Below are positions 62,728 through 64,000 of a stretch of 64,000 nucleotides of DNA, one piece after another. Under the pieces are notes generated by a model. It saw only the letters and a program-made list of their open reading frames with translations, searched no databases and was not told where the DNA came from. Positions within the stretch are counted from its first letter, which is position 1. Each line of letters begins with the position of its first letter. The DNA is from Hormiphora californensis (taxonomy: Eukaryota; Animalia; Ctenophora). The stretch spans positions 7,936,001-8,000,000 of the forward strand of contig CM035354.1 of the NCBI GenBank assembly GCA_020137815.1, given 5' to 3'. The translations under genes were made by a program, and so were the position numbers.

Positions 62728-63460
62728 TCTTTCTTCTTCTTCTATTAGGCCGTCTCGTAGGTGAGATAGAGGGGTAGTACCAAAGTGATTCCTTTCCCCG
62801 GCCTGGTTTGGGGGTTTGGATTTGTTAGTCCTCTTCCCCCCGGTTTAACTGTTTCAGGATATCCATGAAGAATGAAACAGTCTTGGTGATCGGGAAGCCA
62901 TTCTTGATGTCATCGAGGGTTAAACCAAGCCGATCAAACCTCTCTTGCCGCTGTTTCCAGAGAGCTGGACAGTCGGTGAGGAGGTGTTTGGCTGTTTCAT
63001 TTTCTATGCCGCATAGGCGGCAGGTTGGAGTGTTTGCTAGTTTCATCTTGTGAAAATGGTATTTAAGTGTGTTGTGCCCAGTCAGAAGCTGGGTTGCCGC
63101 TCTCAAGTGGTTTCGGTCCAGTTTCTGGAGCTGTTTGACGTGGTTCGGGTTCCAGAAAAGATTCATGTGAGCCGTTGGAGCCGTTGTCATTTTTGTCTTC
63201 TCCCTGAGGGCCGCATAGGCGGCTTTCTTCGGGATTGGAGGGCGTATGATGTTTTCAATCTCTTGTGCTCCCTTTTTGGCGAGGGAGTCTGCTAGTTCAT
63301 TCCCTTCGTGGCCTTTGTGAGCAGGGATCCACCGTATTTTAACGGTGTTGAAAACTGCAAGGGCGTTCAGGTTGGAAATGGTGTTTTGGGTGGTTTTGGA
63401 TCTGCATACGGTGCTATCCAGTGCTTTGATTGTTCCTTGGCTATCGCAATTGATGAGGAT
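62728..63460 (-). mobile_element. 5'-truncated LINE (LOA/I-group-like): RNase H C-terminus plus CCHC finger, (AAG)n tail
   Basis: INCDSQGTIKAL...VKIRWIPAHKGHEGNELADSLAKKG...LLTGH..LKYH...CRLC..ENETAKHLLTDCPA*. The 3' UTR ends in an AGAAGAAG run. Confidence 0.85.
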
Positions 63461-64000
63461 ATGCTATCCTATAATAATTGCAATGAACAATGTGTAGCGC
63501 AATATATTGTGTAAAACTAACTGTAATCTGTATCTGAGTAGTATGTTGTAGGTGGGTGGGTGCAGGTGGGTGGGTATGTCGATTCCGAGAATATCGACAC
63601 ACCCACCCACAACCTTTCTGAGCCGTTATGTATTAGACTCATTGGTGAAACTAAGGCAGTACTGGATTAAGAAACAGCCATCATTTTACAGAGTGATGAA
63701 AGGAAGGGCCCCTGTAAAGGCCACGTCACAGATGAGCTCTATATAGTTGTGCAACTTCTACACCCACCTTCTCCCTAGATACAGAAGTAGCAGCAGGTGC
63801 AATGATGAAAATAGAGTTTACCATCACCTAGACATTCGTCAGGAGGAGGTTTCTTTCTTCTCATATATCCAGTGTAGGAACTATTATATAGTCAAAAGCC
63901 AGGATCTATTGTTCTACATGGACCACCTCATTACCAACCATCATAAATATAATGTTGCAGAATCATTATAGGGAGGGAATGTTGCAGAATCATTATTATA

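Overview
Eukaryotic (metazoan invertebrate) genomic DNA, rich in (GA)n microsatellites and non-autonomous transposons. The gene style resembles a ctenophore-like or other non-bilaterian animal, but this is an unverified inference. Host genes: a tandem cluster of four single-coding-exon, divergent 7TM receptors (13.6-29.1 kb, minus); a 3-exon class-A GPCR (42.3-44.7 kb, plus); and a same-strand minus run of MAPKAPK2-like 3' exons, an orphan coiled-coil gene, XRCC3 and TMEM18. Mobile DNA: hAT MITEs with 8-bp TSDs, a Foldback/MULE-like palindrome with a 9-bp TSD, Tc1/mariner MITEs, head-to-tail Helitron arrays, Helentron/DINE-like elements, a Penelope-like GIY-YIG inverted duplication with a hammerhead-like motif, a CRE-type RLE fragment, an RNase H LINE fragment, and a 1.5-kb non-coding (CA)n-tailed retroposon. 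Most notable: (1) a 25-copy tandem array of a complete splice-acceptor/exon-start unit (branch point, polypyrimidine tract, AG|GT) inside the GPCR gene; (2) unpaired splice acceptors just upstream of nearly every start codon, with XRCC3 and TMEM18 only about 157 bp apart, suggesting SL trans-splicing or operon-like organisation; (3) mosaic, extracellular-loop-focused diversification in the receptor cluster. Several frameshifts in conserved exons suggest residual indel errors in the assembly. All coordinates were read by eye.
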